From an uncultured Gemmatimonadales bacterium (GTDB lineage Bacteria > Gemmatimonadota > Gemmatimonadetes > Longimicrobiales > RSA9): 64,000 nt of DNA. Shown here piece after piece: positions 20,124-29,341 of the stretch. A program made the position numbers and the translations under genes. Under the pieces are notes generated by a model. It had not been told where the DNA came from and made no database searches. It saw only the letters and a list, made by a program, of their open reading frames with translations. Numbering within the stretch: the stretch's first letter is position 1; each line of letters opens with the position of its first letter. The stretch covers positions 224,001 through 288,000 of the forward strand of contig CAWFKH010000006.1 of assembly GCA_963816355.1 (NCBI GenBank), given 5' to 3'.

Positions 20124-20714
20124 ATGCGTCGTCTCTCCCTGGTGTCCCTCTTCGCCCTCGTGGCCGCCGCCCAGGCGTGCAGCGAGGCGGATCCCACGAC
20201 CGCCCCCACCGCGGACCGCGATGTGGCAAGCGCGTTCGCGCCCTCGCACGCGGCGAACCCCGTGGGCCCGCACACGCGCCTCGTCGTGATGATGGACGCG
20301 TGCGATCCGGCCACGTTCGACGCGTTCGCCGGCCCCGGCACCTGCCTGCGCAACGGCGGCATGACGTTCGACCAGTTCCTGACTCAGCTCGGAGCGCACC
20401 AGCGGGTGGGCGCGTGGCGCTTCGCGCCGGCCGAGGTCACGCTGGACGAGGGCGAGAAGCTGCTGGTGGTGAACCGCGGCGGCGAAACCCACACCTTCAC
20501 CGAGGTCGACCAGTTCGGCGGCGGCTTCATCGATGGCCTGAACCAGCTCTCCGGCAACCCCGTCCCCGCGGCCGAGTGCACGCCGCCGGCCGATGACGAT
20601 TTCATTCCGGCGGGCGGCTCGAAGACGGAGGACGTGGAGGAGTCGGGAACGGAGCTGTATCAGTGCTGCATCCACCCGTGGATGCGGATGGTCGTGCATG
20701 TGAAGGCGGACTGA
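20124..20714 (+). CDS. Cupredoxin (plastocyanin-like) lipoprotein
   Basis: RBS GGAGG; AQAC lipobox-like motif; NRGGETHTFT and YQCCIHPWM copper ligands. Confidence 0.78.
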   Translation: MRRLSLVSLFALVAAAQACSEADPTTAPTADRDVASAFAPSHAANPVGPHTRLVVMMDACDPATFDAFAGPGTCLRNGGMTFDQFLTQLGAHQRVGAWRFAPAEVTLDEGEKLLVVNRGGETHTFTEVDQFGGGFIDGLNQLSGNPVPAAECTPPADDDFIPAGGSKTEDVEESGTELYQCCIHPWMRMVVHVKAD

Positions 20715-20726
20715 CGTCCGGGAGCG

Positions 20727-20762
20727 AGGCCGCGAGCCGGGCTCATCCGGCGCGCGGCCTCG
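20727..20762. terminator. Hairpin downstream of the cupredoxin gene
   Basis: GAGGCCGCG.GCCGG...CCGGC.CGCGGCCTC. Confidence 0.45.
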
Positions 20763-20963
20763 TTCCTCCTCCCTGCCGCCCCTCCACCTCGACCGTCCTA
20801 CCGCGTCCGGGACGGCTCCGGAACGTCAGCGCGATTGCGGTGTCTATGTCTTCGAGCCGTCGGCGCCGCGCTGGACGCGCGTGATCCGCCGGCGGCGTGA
20901 CCACTCCAGCCAACGAACGTACGCGAGCGCCGATGGGGCGCTCGGACCGAACCGCGCCGACGC

Positions 20964-21815
20964 ATGCTATCGAGACCGGGCTTTCTCGCTCTGTACGCCT
21001 TGTTCGCCGTCGGAGTCGCCAGCGCTGTCGCGCACGGCTCCGCGGGCGCGAGCCCGTCCACACCCGGCGCCCCGATCGCAGCCGTCGCCTCGGTCGCCGC
21101 GAACGCGCGTGCCGTCGCGGCGAGCGCGGGCGAGGCCGTGTCGGCTCCGCGGGGCGAGCGGCCCGTCGAGCGCGCGCTGGATGCGTTCGCCGGCGTCGTC
21201 AAGCGACAGAGCGATCCGGAGGCGCTCCGGCTGGCCTTCGGCGCCTATTACGCATTCAAGGCGGCGCACCCGGACGAGGTCCGCAACCCGTACCTCTACT
21301 TCGTCGACTACGGCCTCGACAACGCGACGCCGCGCGGCTACGTCTTCGACATGGACGCCCTGCGCGTGGTCGACGGACCGTTCACGGTGGCGCACGGCCG
21401 CGGCTCCTCCCGCGGCCGCAACGGCGTCCCGACGCGCTTCTCGAATGCGCCCGGCAGCGCCGCCTCCTCGCTGGGCCTCTTCCTGACGCAGGAGACGTAC
21501 GCGTTCTCCGGCCACGCGAACGGCCGCCTCTACCACTCCGTCGGCCTGCGCCTGCGCGGCCTGTCCGGCCGCTTCAACGACGACGCCCGCGAGCGCGGCG
21601 TCGTCGTGCACGGCGCGCCGTACGTGACCGCCCGAGACGCCGGCCGCAGCGAAGGCTGTCCCGCGATGCAGCCGGAGCGCGCGCGGCGGCTGATCCCGAT
21701 GATCGCTCACGGCGGCGTCGTCTTCCTCTACTCCCCACGGGACCGCACGTGGCTGCGGGATGGACCGTGGGTCCACGAGGCCGCCGCGGGCGAGGTCGCG
21801 ACGGCGCGGCGCTGA
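20964..21815 (+). CDS. Murein L,D-transpeptidase catalytic-domain family protein (YkuD_2-like)
   Basis: VDY, VAHGRGS, FSNAPGSAASSLG, VVHGAPY and GRSEGCPA (catalytic His/Cys). Confidence 0.88.
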   Translation: MLSRPGFLALYALFAVGVASAVAHGSAGASPSTPGAPIAAVASVAANARAVAASAGEAVSAPRGERPVERALDAFAGVVKRQSDPEALRLAFGAYYAFKAAHPDEVRNPYLYFVDYGLDNATPRGYVFDMDALRVVDGPFTVAHGRGSSRGRNGVPTRFSNAPGSAASSLGLFLTQETYAFSGHANGRLYHSVGLRLRGLSGRFNDDARERGVVVHGAPYVTARDAGRSEGCPAMQPERARRLIPMIAHGGVVFLYSPRDRTWLRDGPWVHEAAAGEVATARR

Positions 21816-21969
21816 GGCGCAAGCCGCGCCCCTCGCCGGCCCCCACCTGGACCCGCCGGCGACGCCGCGCTCCGCGGTTCCGGAGCGCCCCCGCGCGTCA
21901 CGCCCGGCAGCGTCACGCCCCGACCGCGTCGCGCGTTCCCCTCGTGCCCCCACCACCGGAGCGTGTACC

Positions 21970-22545
21970 GTGTCTCGATCGATCCCCCGCGGCGTCCTCC
22001 TTCCGATCCTCCTCGCCGGAGCGCTGTCGCCGTTTCCGGCCGGACTCGCCGCACAGGCGGCGGGCGTCGCGGCCGCGGCTGACGACGTCGCGCCGCGCTG
22101 CCGGGCTCCGGAGTACCGCCAGTTCGACTTCTGGCTCGGGGAATGGGAGGTGCGCAATGCGGCGGGCGATGTGGTCGGCCACAACGAGGTCCGTCGCGTG
22201 GCGGGCGGGTGTGGGCTGCTCGAGAGCTGGCGTGGCACCGGCGGTGGCAGCGGCACGAGCCTGAACACCTACGATGCGGAGCGCGGCCATTGGACGCAGC
22301 GGTGGGTGGGCGACGGTACGACCCTCTGGCTCGTGGGCGGTCTCGACGGCGGCCGGATGGTCCTCTCCGGCACGTCGCCGCGCACCACGCCCCGGGGCGC
22401 CGTCCTCGACCGCATCAGCTGGAGCGCGTTGCCCGACGGACGGGTCCGTCAGCTCTGGGAGATCTCGCCCGACGGAGAGAACTGGAGCGTCGGCTTCGAC
22501 GGCTACTACAGCCGCATCGGGCCGGCCCCGACTCCTCGGCGCTGA
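21970..22545 (+). CDS. Exported hypothetical beta-rich protein (DUF1579-like)
   Basis: Signal peptide; YRQFDFWLGEWEV, GCGLLESW and VRQLWEIS...FDGYY. Confidence 0.7.
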   Translation: MSRSIPRGVLLPILLAGALSPFPAGLAAQAAGVAAAADDVAPRCRAPEYRQFDFWLGEWEVRNAAGDVVGHNEVRRVAGGCGLLESWRGTGGGSGTSLNTYDAERGHWTQRWVGDGTTLWLVGGLDGGRMVLSGTSPRTTPRGAVLDRISWSALPDGRVRQLWEISPDGENWSVGFDGYYSRIGPAPTPRR

Positions 22546-22621
22546 CGCCGGCGCCCGCCTCCCTCCGGCGCGCGGCTTGCGGACCTCGGGATCGGGTCCC
22601 ACCGAGAGAGGGAGGAAGCCG

Positions 22622-23284
22622 ATGAGCCCGGAGAGCCGCGACGCCACCGCGCGCGCCGTGCTCGGCTGTTGCGGCCGCACGTTCGCGCGCGAGCTCGGCA
22701 TCGACGTCGGCAGGAACACGCCATCGCCGCTCTTCCGTCTGCTCTGCTTCGCGCTGCTCTCGAGCACGCGGATCGGCCACGATCTCGCGATCCGGGCGGC
22801 GCGCGCGCTCGTCGAGCAAGGCTGGACCACGCCGAAGAAGATGGCCGCCGCCACCTGGGCGCAGCGCACGCGCGTGCTCAACCGCTCCGGCTACGCGCGC
22901 TACGACGAGAGCACCTCGCGCATGCTCGCCGACACCTCGAAGCTGCTGCTCGACCGCTACGGCGGCGACCTGCGCCGGCTGCGCGAGGAGGCCGGGCGGG
23001 ATCCGGCTGCGGAGCGCCGGCTGCTGAAAGCGTTCAAGGGCATCGGCGACGTCGGCGTCGACATCTTCTTCCGCGAGGTGCAGGTCGCATGGGACGAGGT
23101 GTATCCGTTCGCCGACCGGCGGGCGGAGAAGGCCGCGAAGCGGCTGGGTCTGCCGACGGATGCGAAGAAGCTGGCCGGGCTGGCGCGGAGCCGTCCCGAG
23201 TTCGCCCGCCTGCTCGCCGGGCTCGTGCGCGTGGACCTCGAGAAGCGCTACGACGAGATCGAGTCCGCCGGCGGTGCGTCCTGA
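22622..23284 (+). CDS. HhH-GPD superfamily endonuclease/glycosylase-like protein
   Basis: RBS GGAGG; GRTFARELGI, PSPLFRLL, GYARYDE and HhH-like FKGIGDVGVDIFFREVQ. Confidence 0.72.
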   Translation: MSPESRDATARAVLGCCGRTFARELGIDVGRNTPSPLFRLLCFALLSSTRIGHDLAIRAARALVEQGWTTPKKMAAATWAQRTRVLNRSGYARYDESTSRMLADTSKLLLDRYGGDLRRLREEAGRDPAAERRLLKAFKGIGDVGVDIFFREVQVAWDEVYPFADRRAEKAAKRLGLPTDAKKLAGLARSRPEFARLLAGLVRVDLEKRYDEIESAGGAS

Positions 23285-23341
23285 GGCACGGCTGAGGACG
23301 CGCCACAGCATGCGACGGCGACGCCATCGCCGGCACGCGTT

Positions 23342-25960
23342 CTACTCGGCCCGCAACGCCCGCGCTGGATCCGCGCGCGTGGCGCGCCACGCCGGCACGT
23401 AGGCGGCGATCAGCGCGACGGCGAGCAGCAGCGCGGCGGCGCCGGCGAGCGCGACGGGGTCGGCGGGCGTCACCTGGAAGAGCAGGGAGCGCAGAAAGCG
23501 CGACGCCACGAGCGCGGCGGCGACCCCCACGGCGGCGCCCGCGACGGCGATCAGCGCCGCCTGCTGAAGCACCTCCCTCCGCAGGCGGCCGGGCGTTGCG
23601 CCGAGCGCGGCGCGGACGCCCAGCTCGTGCGTCCGCTCGCGGACGGCGGCGGCCATGACGCCGTAGAGTCCGATCGCCGCCAAGAGCAGCGCGGCCGCGC
23701 CGAAGCCGGAGAGCACGAGCGTGGCGAGGCGAGGCAGCGCGAGCTGCCGACCGACGAGCTCGCTCATCGATTCGGCGCGCGCGACCGTCGCCTCGGGGTC
23801 GGCGGACCGCACGGCGTCGCGCAGCGCGGGCAACAGCGCGGCGAGCGGCGCGCGCGTGCGTATCGCGACGACGCCCTGGAAGAAGAACTGGCGCCACGGC
23901 ACATAGATCGTGGGCGTCGCGCGCCGCAGCGCGCGGTAACGGATGTCGCCCGCCTCGCCGACCACCGTCAGCCAGCGGTCCGCACCGGTTTCGCCGACCA
24001 GTCGGATCTGCTTGCCCACCGGATTCTCGCCGGGCCAGAAGCGCGCCGCGACCGCGCGGCTGACGACCGCCACCCGCGGCGCACCGCCACGGTCCGTAGG
24101 CAGAAAGGCGCGTCCGCGGTAGAGCGGAATGCCGAAGGTGCGGAAATAGTCGGTGCCCCCCACCTCGAAGGGGATCAGCGGATTCGCCGCGGCCTCCGCG
24201 TCCGTCTGGCCGGCGGCGGCCCACCGTGCGGTGAAGACCTGCGCGCCGTAGAATGGCTCGATCGCGATCGGCGTGACCGAGACGACGTCCGGCAGCGCGC
24301 GGAGCGCCGGCGCGACGCGCTCGTACAGCGCGACGAAGGTCGACATCGCGCTGTCCGGGTTCACGGGCGTCGCGAGCGACAGCACCGACAGATGCTCCGG
24401 GCGGTAGCCGAGCGGCACGTGCGCGAGCCGCTCGAGACTGCGCACGAGCAGCCCCGCTCCGGCCAGCATCACGAGCGCCAGCGCGATCTGTGATGCTACC
24501 AGCGTCTGCCTCAGGCGACGTCGTCCACCGCCGCCGCGGCCGGCACGCGCGTCCAGCCGCAACGACGCTGCGAGTCCCGCGTGCGCGGCCGCGACGGTCG
24601 GGAAGAGGCCGGCGATCAGCAGCGCCCCCAGCGTCACGGCCGCGGCCACCCCGAGAGGCGCGGCGCCCACGCGCACCACGTCGAGACGCGGCAGGTCGGC
24701 GGGCGACGCCACGCGCGTCAACGCCGCGAGCAGCGCGTGCGCCAGCGCCAGGCCGAGCAGGCCCCCGCCCACGGCGAGCGCCACGCTCTCCAACAACACC
24801 GGCCGCACGATGTCCGCCGTGCGGGCGCCGAGCGATCGGCGCACCGCCATCTCCGCCTCGCGCGTCGTCGCGCGCAGCAGCACCAGGTTGCCCACGTTTG
24901 CGGCGGCGATCATCAGCAGCAGCGCGACCGCCGCCACGAGAACGAGGATCTGCGGCCGCACGTCGCCCAGCACCGCGTGCGTGAACGCCTCCACGTCCGC
25001 TGATGCGATCTGAGCCCCCTGCCGCCCGGCGGCGATGCGGCGGCGGTCGATCTCGCGCATGATCGAGAGGAACTCCGTGCGCGCCATCGCCGGTGTCGCG
25101 CCCGGCGCCAGGCGCGCGACGACGTCCAGGATCGGGTACACCCGCGGCGTCCAGTACTCCGTCCCCGCCGGATAGGCGAGCCCCGGCGGCGCGACGCCGA
25201 CGATCGTCGACGAAGCGTGTGTGTACGGATCGCCGAGTCGCCGGCCCACCACGCTCGAGTCGCCGCCGAACTCGCGCTGCCACGCGCCGTAGCTGAGCAC
25301 CACCGGCGCGCCGTCGCCCGCCGACCCCATCTGGACCTCGTCCCTCGCGTCGAACAGCCGGCCCAGCGCCGGCCGTACGCCCAGCACGTCGAAGAAGTCG
25401 CCCGTCACCCACGCCGCACGCAGCGCGAGCGTCCGCTCTCCATCCACCGCCGCCACCGTGAACGCACCCTGGTGCGCCACCCCCGCCACCGCCGTCATCG
25501 TGCGGCTCCCCTCGCCCAGGCGCTTCAACTCCTCCTGCGTCATCCCTACGTCGACACCGCCGGGATCCAGCGTCCGCGGCAACACCAGCCTGTCCGCTGC
25601 GACCACAGGCAGCGGCCGCACCAGCACCGCGTCCGCCACCACGAACATCACCGTCGCCATCCCGATCCCGACGCCGAGGATCAGCACCGCCGTCCCCGCG
25701 AAACCCGGCGCCCGCACGAGCCCGCGCAACGCCTGGCGCGCCTCCCGGAAGCCCCGCTCCAGCGAGGCGCCCGCCCACTGACGTCGCGTCACTTCCTTCA
25801 CCACCACGATGCTCCCGAACTCGCGCCGCGCCGCCCGCTCCGCCTCCACCGGGTCCTCGCCGCGCGCCACCCGCTCCCGCACCGCCATCTCCAGGTGCGA
25901 GCGGATCTCCTCCTCCAGCTCCGCCTCCCGCCGAGCCCCACCGAAAAACGGCAGCCTCAC
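23342..25960 (-). CDS. ABC permease, duplicated MacB-like (ADOP family) with N-terminal prefix domain
   Basis: ELEEEIRSHLEM...ARREFG prefix; two FtsX repeats; C-terminal PAWRATRADPARALRAE; GTGA overlap with padR. Confidence 0.92.
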   Translation of the reverse strand: MRLPFFGGARREAELEEEIRSHLEMAVRERVARGEDPVEAERAARREFGSIVVVKEVTRRQWAGASLERGFREARQALRGLVRAPGFAGTAVLILGVGIGMATVMFVVADAVLVRPLPVVAADRLVLPRTLDPGGVDVGMTQEELKRLGEGSRTMTAVAGVAHQGAFTVAAVDGERTLALRAAWVTGDFFDVLGVRPALGRLFDARDEVQMGSAGDGAPVVLSYGAWQREFGGDSSVVGRRLGDPYTHASSTIVGVAPPGLAYPAGTEYWTPRVYPILDVVARLAPGATPAMARTEFLSIMREIDRRRIAAGRQGAQIASADVEAFTHAVLGDVRPQILVLVAAVALLLMIAAANVGNLVLLRATTREAEMAVRRSLGARTADIVRPVLLESVALAVGGGLLGLALAHALLAALTRVASPADLPRLDVVRVGAAPLGVAAAVTLGALLIAGLFPTVAAAHAGLAASLRLDARAGRGGGGRRRLRQTLVASQIALALVMLAGAGLLVRSLERLAHVPLGYRPEHLSVLSLATPVNPDSAMSTFVALYERVAPALRALPDVVSVTPIAIEPFYGAQVFTARWAAAGQTDAEAAANPLIPFEVGGTDYFRTFGIPLYRGRAFLPTDRGGAPRVAVVSRAVAARFWPGENPVGKQIRLVGETGADRWLTVVGEAGDIRYRALRRATPTIYVPWRQFFFQGVVAIRTRAPLAALLPALRDAVRSADPEATVARAESMSELVGRQLALPRLATLVLSGFGAAALLLAAIGLYGVMAAAVRERTHELGVRAALGATPGRLRREVLQQAALIAVAGAAVGVAAALVASRFLRSLLFQVTPADPVALAGAAALLLAVALIAAYVPAWRATRADPARALRAE

Positions 25961-26316
25961 GCGCCCTCCTCCGGCAGCGGCTTCAGCACGCCGCCGATCG
26001 CCGCCGTCAGCGCATCCCACCGCGAGCGCTCCGCCGCCAGCCGCTTCCGCCCCGCCGCCGTGAGCGCGTAGACCCGCACCCGCTGGTTGTTCTCCGACCG
26101 CCCCCACTCCGCCTCCACGAACCGCTGCCGCTCCAGTCGATGCAGCGCCGGATACAGCGAGCCCGTGTCCACCTGCAGCACATCCCCGGAGCGCGCCCGG
26201 ATCATCTGCGAGATGCCGTAGCCGTGACCCGGCCCCCACCGCAGCGTCTGCAGGATCAGCAGATCGAGCGTACCCTGAAGCAGCTCGATGCGGGAACGCG
26301 CACGCTCACTGTTCAT
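25957..26316 (-). CDS. PadR family transcriptional regulator (acidobacterial type)
   Basis: LLQGTLDLLIL, HGYGI, GSLYPALHRLE, WGRSENNQR and YALTAAGRK. Confidence 0.95.
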   Translation of the reverse strand: MNSERARSRIELLQGTLDLLILQTLRWGPGHGYGISQMIRARSGDVLQVDTGSLYPALHRLERQRFVEAEWGRSENNQRVRVYALTAAGRKRLAAERSRWDALTAAIGGVLKPLPEEGA

Positions 26317-26338
26317 CGTCGACCCCGGTTCAAAGGAG

Positions 26339-26374
26339 GTAGGACATCTACACCCCCCGCGGCGCGGGCGTCAA
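26339..26374 (-). promoter_or_regulatory. Candidate padR promoter (TTGACG...TAGATG) overlapped by a GTAG-N5-CTAC palindrome, a possible PadR operator
   Basis: TTGACG at 26374-26369; palindrome at 26339-26351; the -10 match is weak. Confidence 0.3.
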
Positions 26375-26384
26375 GGGGTAAGTG

Positions 26385-26456
26385 GGGGGAGTGGGCGTCC
26401 GGGGGGCAGCGGAGGTGGGTGTCCGAGGGGCATACGGAGGTGGGCGTCCGGGGGCG
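26385..26456. repeat. G-rich imperfect tandem repeat (GGAGGTGGGCGTCCGGGGG-like, about 24-25 bp, 3 copies)
   Basis: Read directly from the sequence, in the padR/permease divergent region. Confidence 0.7.
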
Positions 26457-26637
26457 GGACGCGGATTCCCGGGAGCGCGCGGCGGGCGGGGGTGGCGCGA
26501 CCTGCGTATGTCGGGGCGCAAGTCGTTGGGGTACAGTCCGTTGGGGGCGGTCGGCCGGACGCGGAACGGCTCTTCCATGCACCGCGCCGGAGGGAGGGAG
26601 GCGGGAGGGGCGTCGACGCGCTGAAGGAGGAGGGGTC

Positions 26638-29025
26638 GTGGAGGCGCTGTTCCAGGATCTTCGCTACGGGCTGCGCGGATTGAGGCGGAGCCGCGGCTTC
26701 ACGGCCGTGGCGGTCGCGACGCTGGCGCTGGGGATCGGGGCGACGACGACGATCTTCAGCGTGCTGGAGGGTGTGCTGCTGCGGCCACTTCCGTATCCGC
26801 GATCGGAGCGGCTGGTGCAGGTGTGGGAGCGCACGCCCGAGGGCGGCGACTTCCCGGCGTCACTACCGAATTTCCGTGATTTCCGCTCGGGAACGCGGCT
26901 GCTGACGGGGCTGGCGGCGGCGGACGAGCGGGCGCTGGCGCTGACGGGGAAGGGTGTGCCGGAGCGGGTGAAGGCGCAGGCGGTGTCGGCAGAATATTTC
27001 CGGGTGTTGGGTGTGGCCCCCGCGCTGGGCGGGGTGCTGACGGCGGACGCGACGCGTGGTGGCGAGCGGGAGGTGGTGTTGGGGCACCGCATCTGGGTGA
27101 GCCGCTTCGGGGGCGATCGCGGCGTGGTGGGTAGTCGCGTGCGGCTGAACGGCGAGTCGTACGCGGTGGTGGGGGTGATGCCCGCGGGCTTCGAGGCGCC
27201 GGGCGATCCGGAGGCGTGGGTGCCGCTGGCGGGGAGCCCGGAGTGGGGCCGGGGGGATCACTCGTTGATGCTGATCGGACGGTTGGCGGCGGGGGCGAGT
27301 GTGGCGGGGGCTTCGGCGGAGCTCGGGGCGGTGGCGCGGCGGTTGTCGCGGCTGTACCCGGAGTCGAACGGCGGCTGGGGCGTGCGGGTGGCGCCGTTGC
27401 TGGACGGGGTGGTCGGGGCGAAGACGCGGGGCACGCTCTGGATCCTGACCGGTGCCGTGTCGCTCCTCCTGCTCCTGGCGTGCGTGAACGTGGCGAGCCT
27501 GCTGCTGGGGCGCGCGGCCGCCAGGCAGGGCGAACTGGTTCTGCGTGCCGCGCTGGGGGCGCGGCGCGGGCGAATCGCGCGGCAACTGGTGACGGAGAGC
27601 CTGCTGCTCGCCGGGCTGGGTACGGCGGGCGGGGTGCTGATCGCCGTCTGGGGGCTTCCGGTCCTGAAGCGGCTTCTGCCGGCGACGACGCCGCGCCTGG
27701 GGGACATCCACGTGGATGGCGCGGTCCTGTTCTTCTCGATCGTCGTCTCGGTCGCGGTGGGGCTGCTGGCCGGACTTCCGCCGGCGTTGCGGGTCAGCCG
27801 GCCGAACCTGCGCTCGATCCTCGGAATGGCGGATCGGCGGACGACGCGGGAGTCGCACCGGCTTCGTGACGGCCTGGTGGTGGCGGAGACGGCGCTCGCG
27901 ACGCTGCTGCTGGTGGGCGCGGGACTGCTGGCGACGAGCTTCGTGCGCCTGCGGGGGGGCGACCGCGGGATCGACACGCGCGACGTGGTGGTGGTGCCGG
28001 TCTCGCTCGCGGGACCGCGCTACGACGATGGTACGCGCTGGCGCTTCCTGGAGCGGGCGGAGGCGGCGATCGGCGGCCTGCCGGGGGTGGAGGCGGTCGG
28101 CGCGACGAACGTGGCGCCGCTCTCGGGCGCCGGCACCGTGGTGGATCTCTCGGTGGAGGGCCAGCCGACGGGGCCGGGCCTTTCCCGCTTCGCGCGCTGG
28201 CGCTCGGTGACGCCCGGCTATTTCCGGGCGGCCGGCGTGAGGCTGCTGGCGGGGCGCCGCCTGCGTGCCTCGGACTACGCCCCTGACGCCGCCGAAGCGG
28301 TGGTCGTGACGCGGTCGTTCGCGCGTGCCTTCTTTCCCGACGTGGATCCCGTGGGCCGCCGCGTCGCGATGGGTACGAGCGACTTCCACTGGCGGACCGT
28401 GGTCGGCGTGGTGGAGGACGTTCAGGACGTGGACGCGACACAGCGGGCGCAGCCGCTGTTCTACATGCCGGAGACGGGCGATTGGCCCTGGATGACGCTG
28501 GTCCTGCGCACATCGCGGCCGGCGGCGTCGATCGCGCCGGAGATCCGGAGCCGCATCTGGGCGGTGGATCCGGAGCTGCCGGTGCCGACGGTCGAGGCGA
28601 TGACCGAGCGCCTGGACCGGGCGGTGGCGGGGCCGCGCCTCGTCCTCGGCGTCATGGTCCTCTTCGGCGGGCTGGCCGTCCTCCTTGCCGCCATCGGAAT
28701 CTACGGCGTGATGGCGCACTTCGTGGCGCTGCGGCGAAGGGAGATCGGCGTGCGGCTGGCGCTCGGCGGACCCGCGCGCGACGTGGTCGGCCTCGTTGTG
28801 CGCCGCGGCGGCGCGCTCGCCGGCTCGGGCGTCGCACTGGGCCTTGCGGCCGCACTGCTGGCCGGGCGGATGCTGCGCTCCGAGCTCTACGACACCGCGC
28901 CAACCGAGCCAGCCGCCTATGCCGGCGTGCTCCTGCTCCTCCTCCTGGTCACGCTCGCCGCCGTCGCCGTACCCGCGTGGCGGAGCGCCCGCGTCGATCC
29001 GGTCGAGATGCTGCGCCAGGTGTAG
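26638..29025 (+). CDS. ABC permease, ADOP family
   Basis: RBS GGAGG then GTG; QDLRYGLRGLRRSRGFTAVAVATLALGIGA; ends ARVDPVEMLRQV. Confidence 0.92.
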   Translation: MEALFQDLRYGLRGLRRSRGFTAVAVATLALGIGATTTIFSVLEGVLLRPLPYPRSERLVQVWERTPEGGDFPASLPNFRDFRSGTRLLTGLAAADERALALTGKGVPERVKAQAVSAEYFRVLGVAPALGGVLTADATRGGEREVVLGHRIWVSRFGGDRGVVGSRVRLNGESYAVVGVMPAGFEAPGDPEAWVPLAGSPEWGRGDHSLMLIGRLAAGASVAGASAELGAVARRLSRLYPESNGGWGVRVAPLLDGVVGAKTRGTLWILTGAVSLLLLLACVNVASLLLGRAAARQGELVLRAALGARRGRIARQLVTESLLLAGLGTAGGVLIAVWGLPVLKRLLPATTPRLGDIHVDGAVLFFSIVVSVAVGLLAGLPPALRVSRPNLRSILGMADRRTTRESHRLRDGLVVAETALATLLLVGAGLLATSFVRLRGGDRGIDTRDVVVVPVSLAGPRYDDGTRWRFLERAEAAIGGLPGVEAVGATNVAPLSGAGTVVDLSVEGQPTGPGLSRFARWRSVTPGYFRAAGVRLLAGRRLRASDYAPDAAEAVVVTRSFARAFFPDVDPVGRRVAMGTSDFHWRTVVGVVEDVQDVDATQRAQPLFYMPETGDWPWMTLVLRTSRPAASIAPEIRSRIWAVDPELPVPTVEAMTERLDRAVAGPRLVLGVMVLFGGLAVLLAAIGIYGVMAHFVALRRREIGVRLALGGPARDVVGLVVRRGGALAGSGVALGLAAALLAGRMLRSELYDTAPTEPAAYAGVLLLLLLVTLAAVAVPAWRSARVDPVEMLRQV

Positions 29026-29060
29026 CACGCCGTGCAGTGAAGCGGCGCGGCGCCGGTCCG

Positions 29061-29093
29061 CCCTCCGCGTCCCCCGCGCCCTGCGCGTGAAAC
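29061..29093. repeat. REP-like element arm (CTCCGCGTCCCCCGCGCCCTGCGCGTGAAAC)
   Basis: Reverse complement closely matches the element starting at 41351. Confidence 0.6.
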
Positions 29094-29341
29094 CTCGGAG
29101 CCGCCCTCGCCGCGAACGCCGCGGTGGCGACGAATCGCCGCGAACGCCACGTTTCCGATGGCGCGCGGCGCGGCCGACGCACCGGAAGGATTGCACGCGG
29201 AGGTCGCCCCCCGGCGGTGGCCGGCGCCTTGCGTAATGCGCCGGCGTTGCACGGCTGCTCCGTGCACCGGTCCGCCGCGGAACCCGGACGTCCCGCGGGG
29301 CGGGGCCGTCGAGCCGTCCGGAACGAGGCAGCGGGCAAGCG

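Noticed and set aside
19851..20699. N-terminal extension of the hybrid kinase to 1113 aa
   Set aside because: It is antisense to the cupredoxin gene and low in complexity; the signal peptide lies downstream of 19850.
26385..26456. CRISPR array (also considered for the repeats at 3073, 46100 and 54547)
   Set aside because: Units are adjacent or nearly so, with no unique 30-40-bp spacers, and there are no cas genes in the window.
26330..26640. Chromosomal replication origin at the skew flip
   Set aside because: No DnaA boxes or AT-rich unwinding element are visible, and the skew fades within a few kb.
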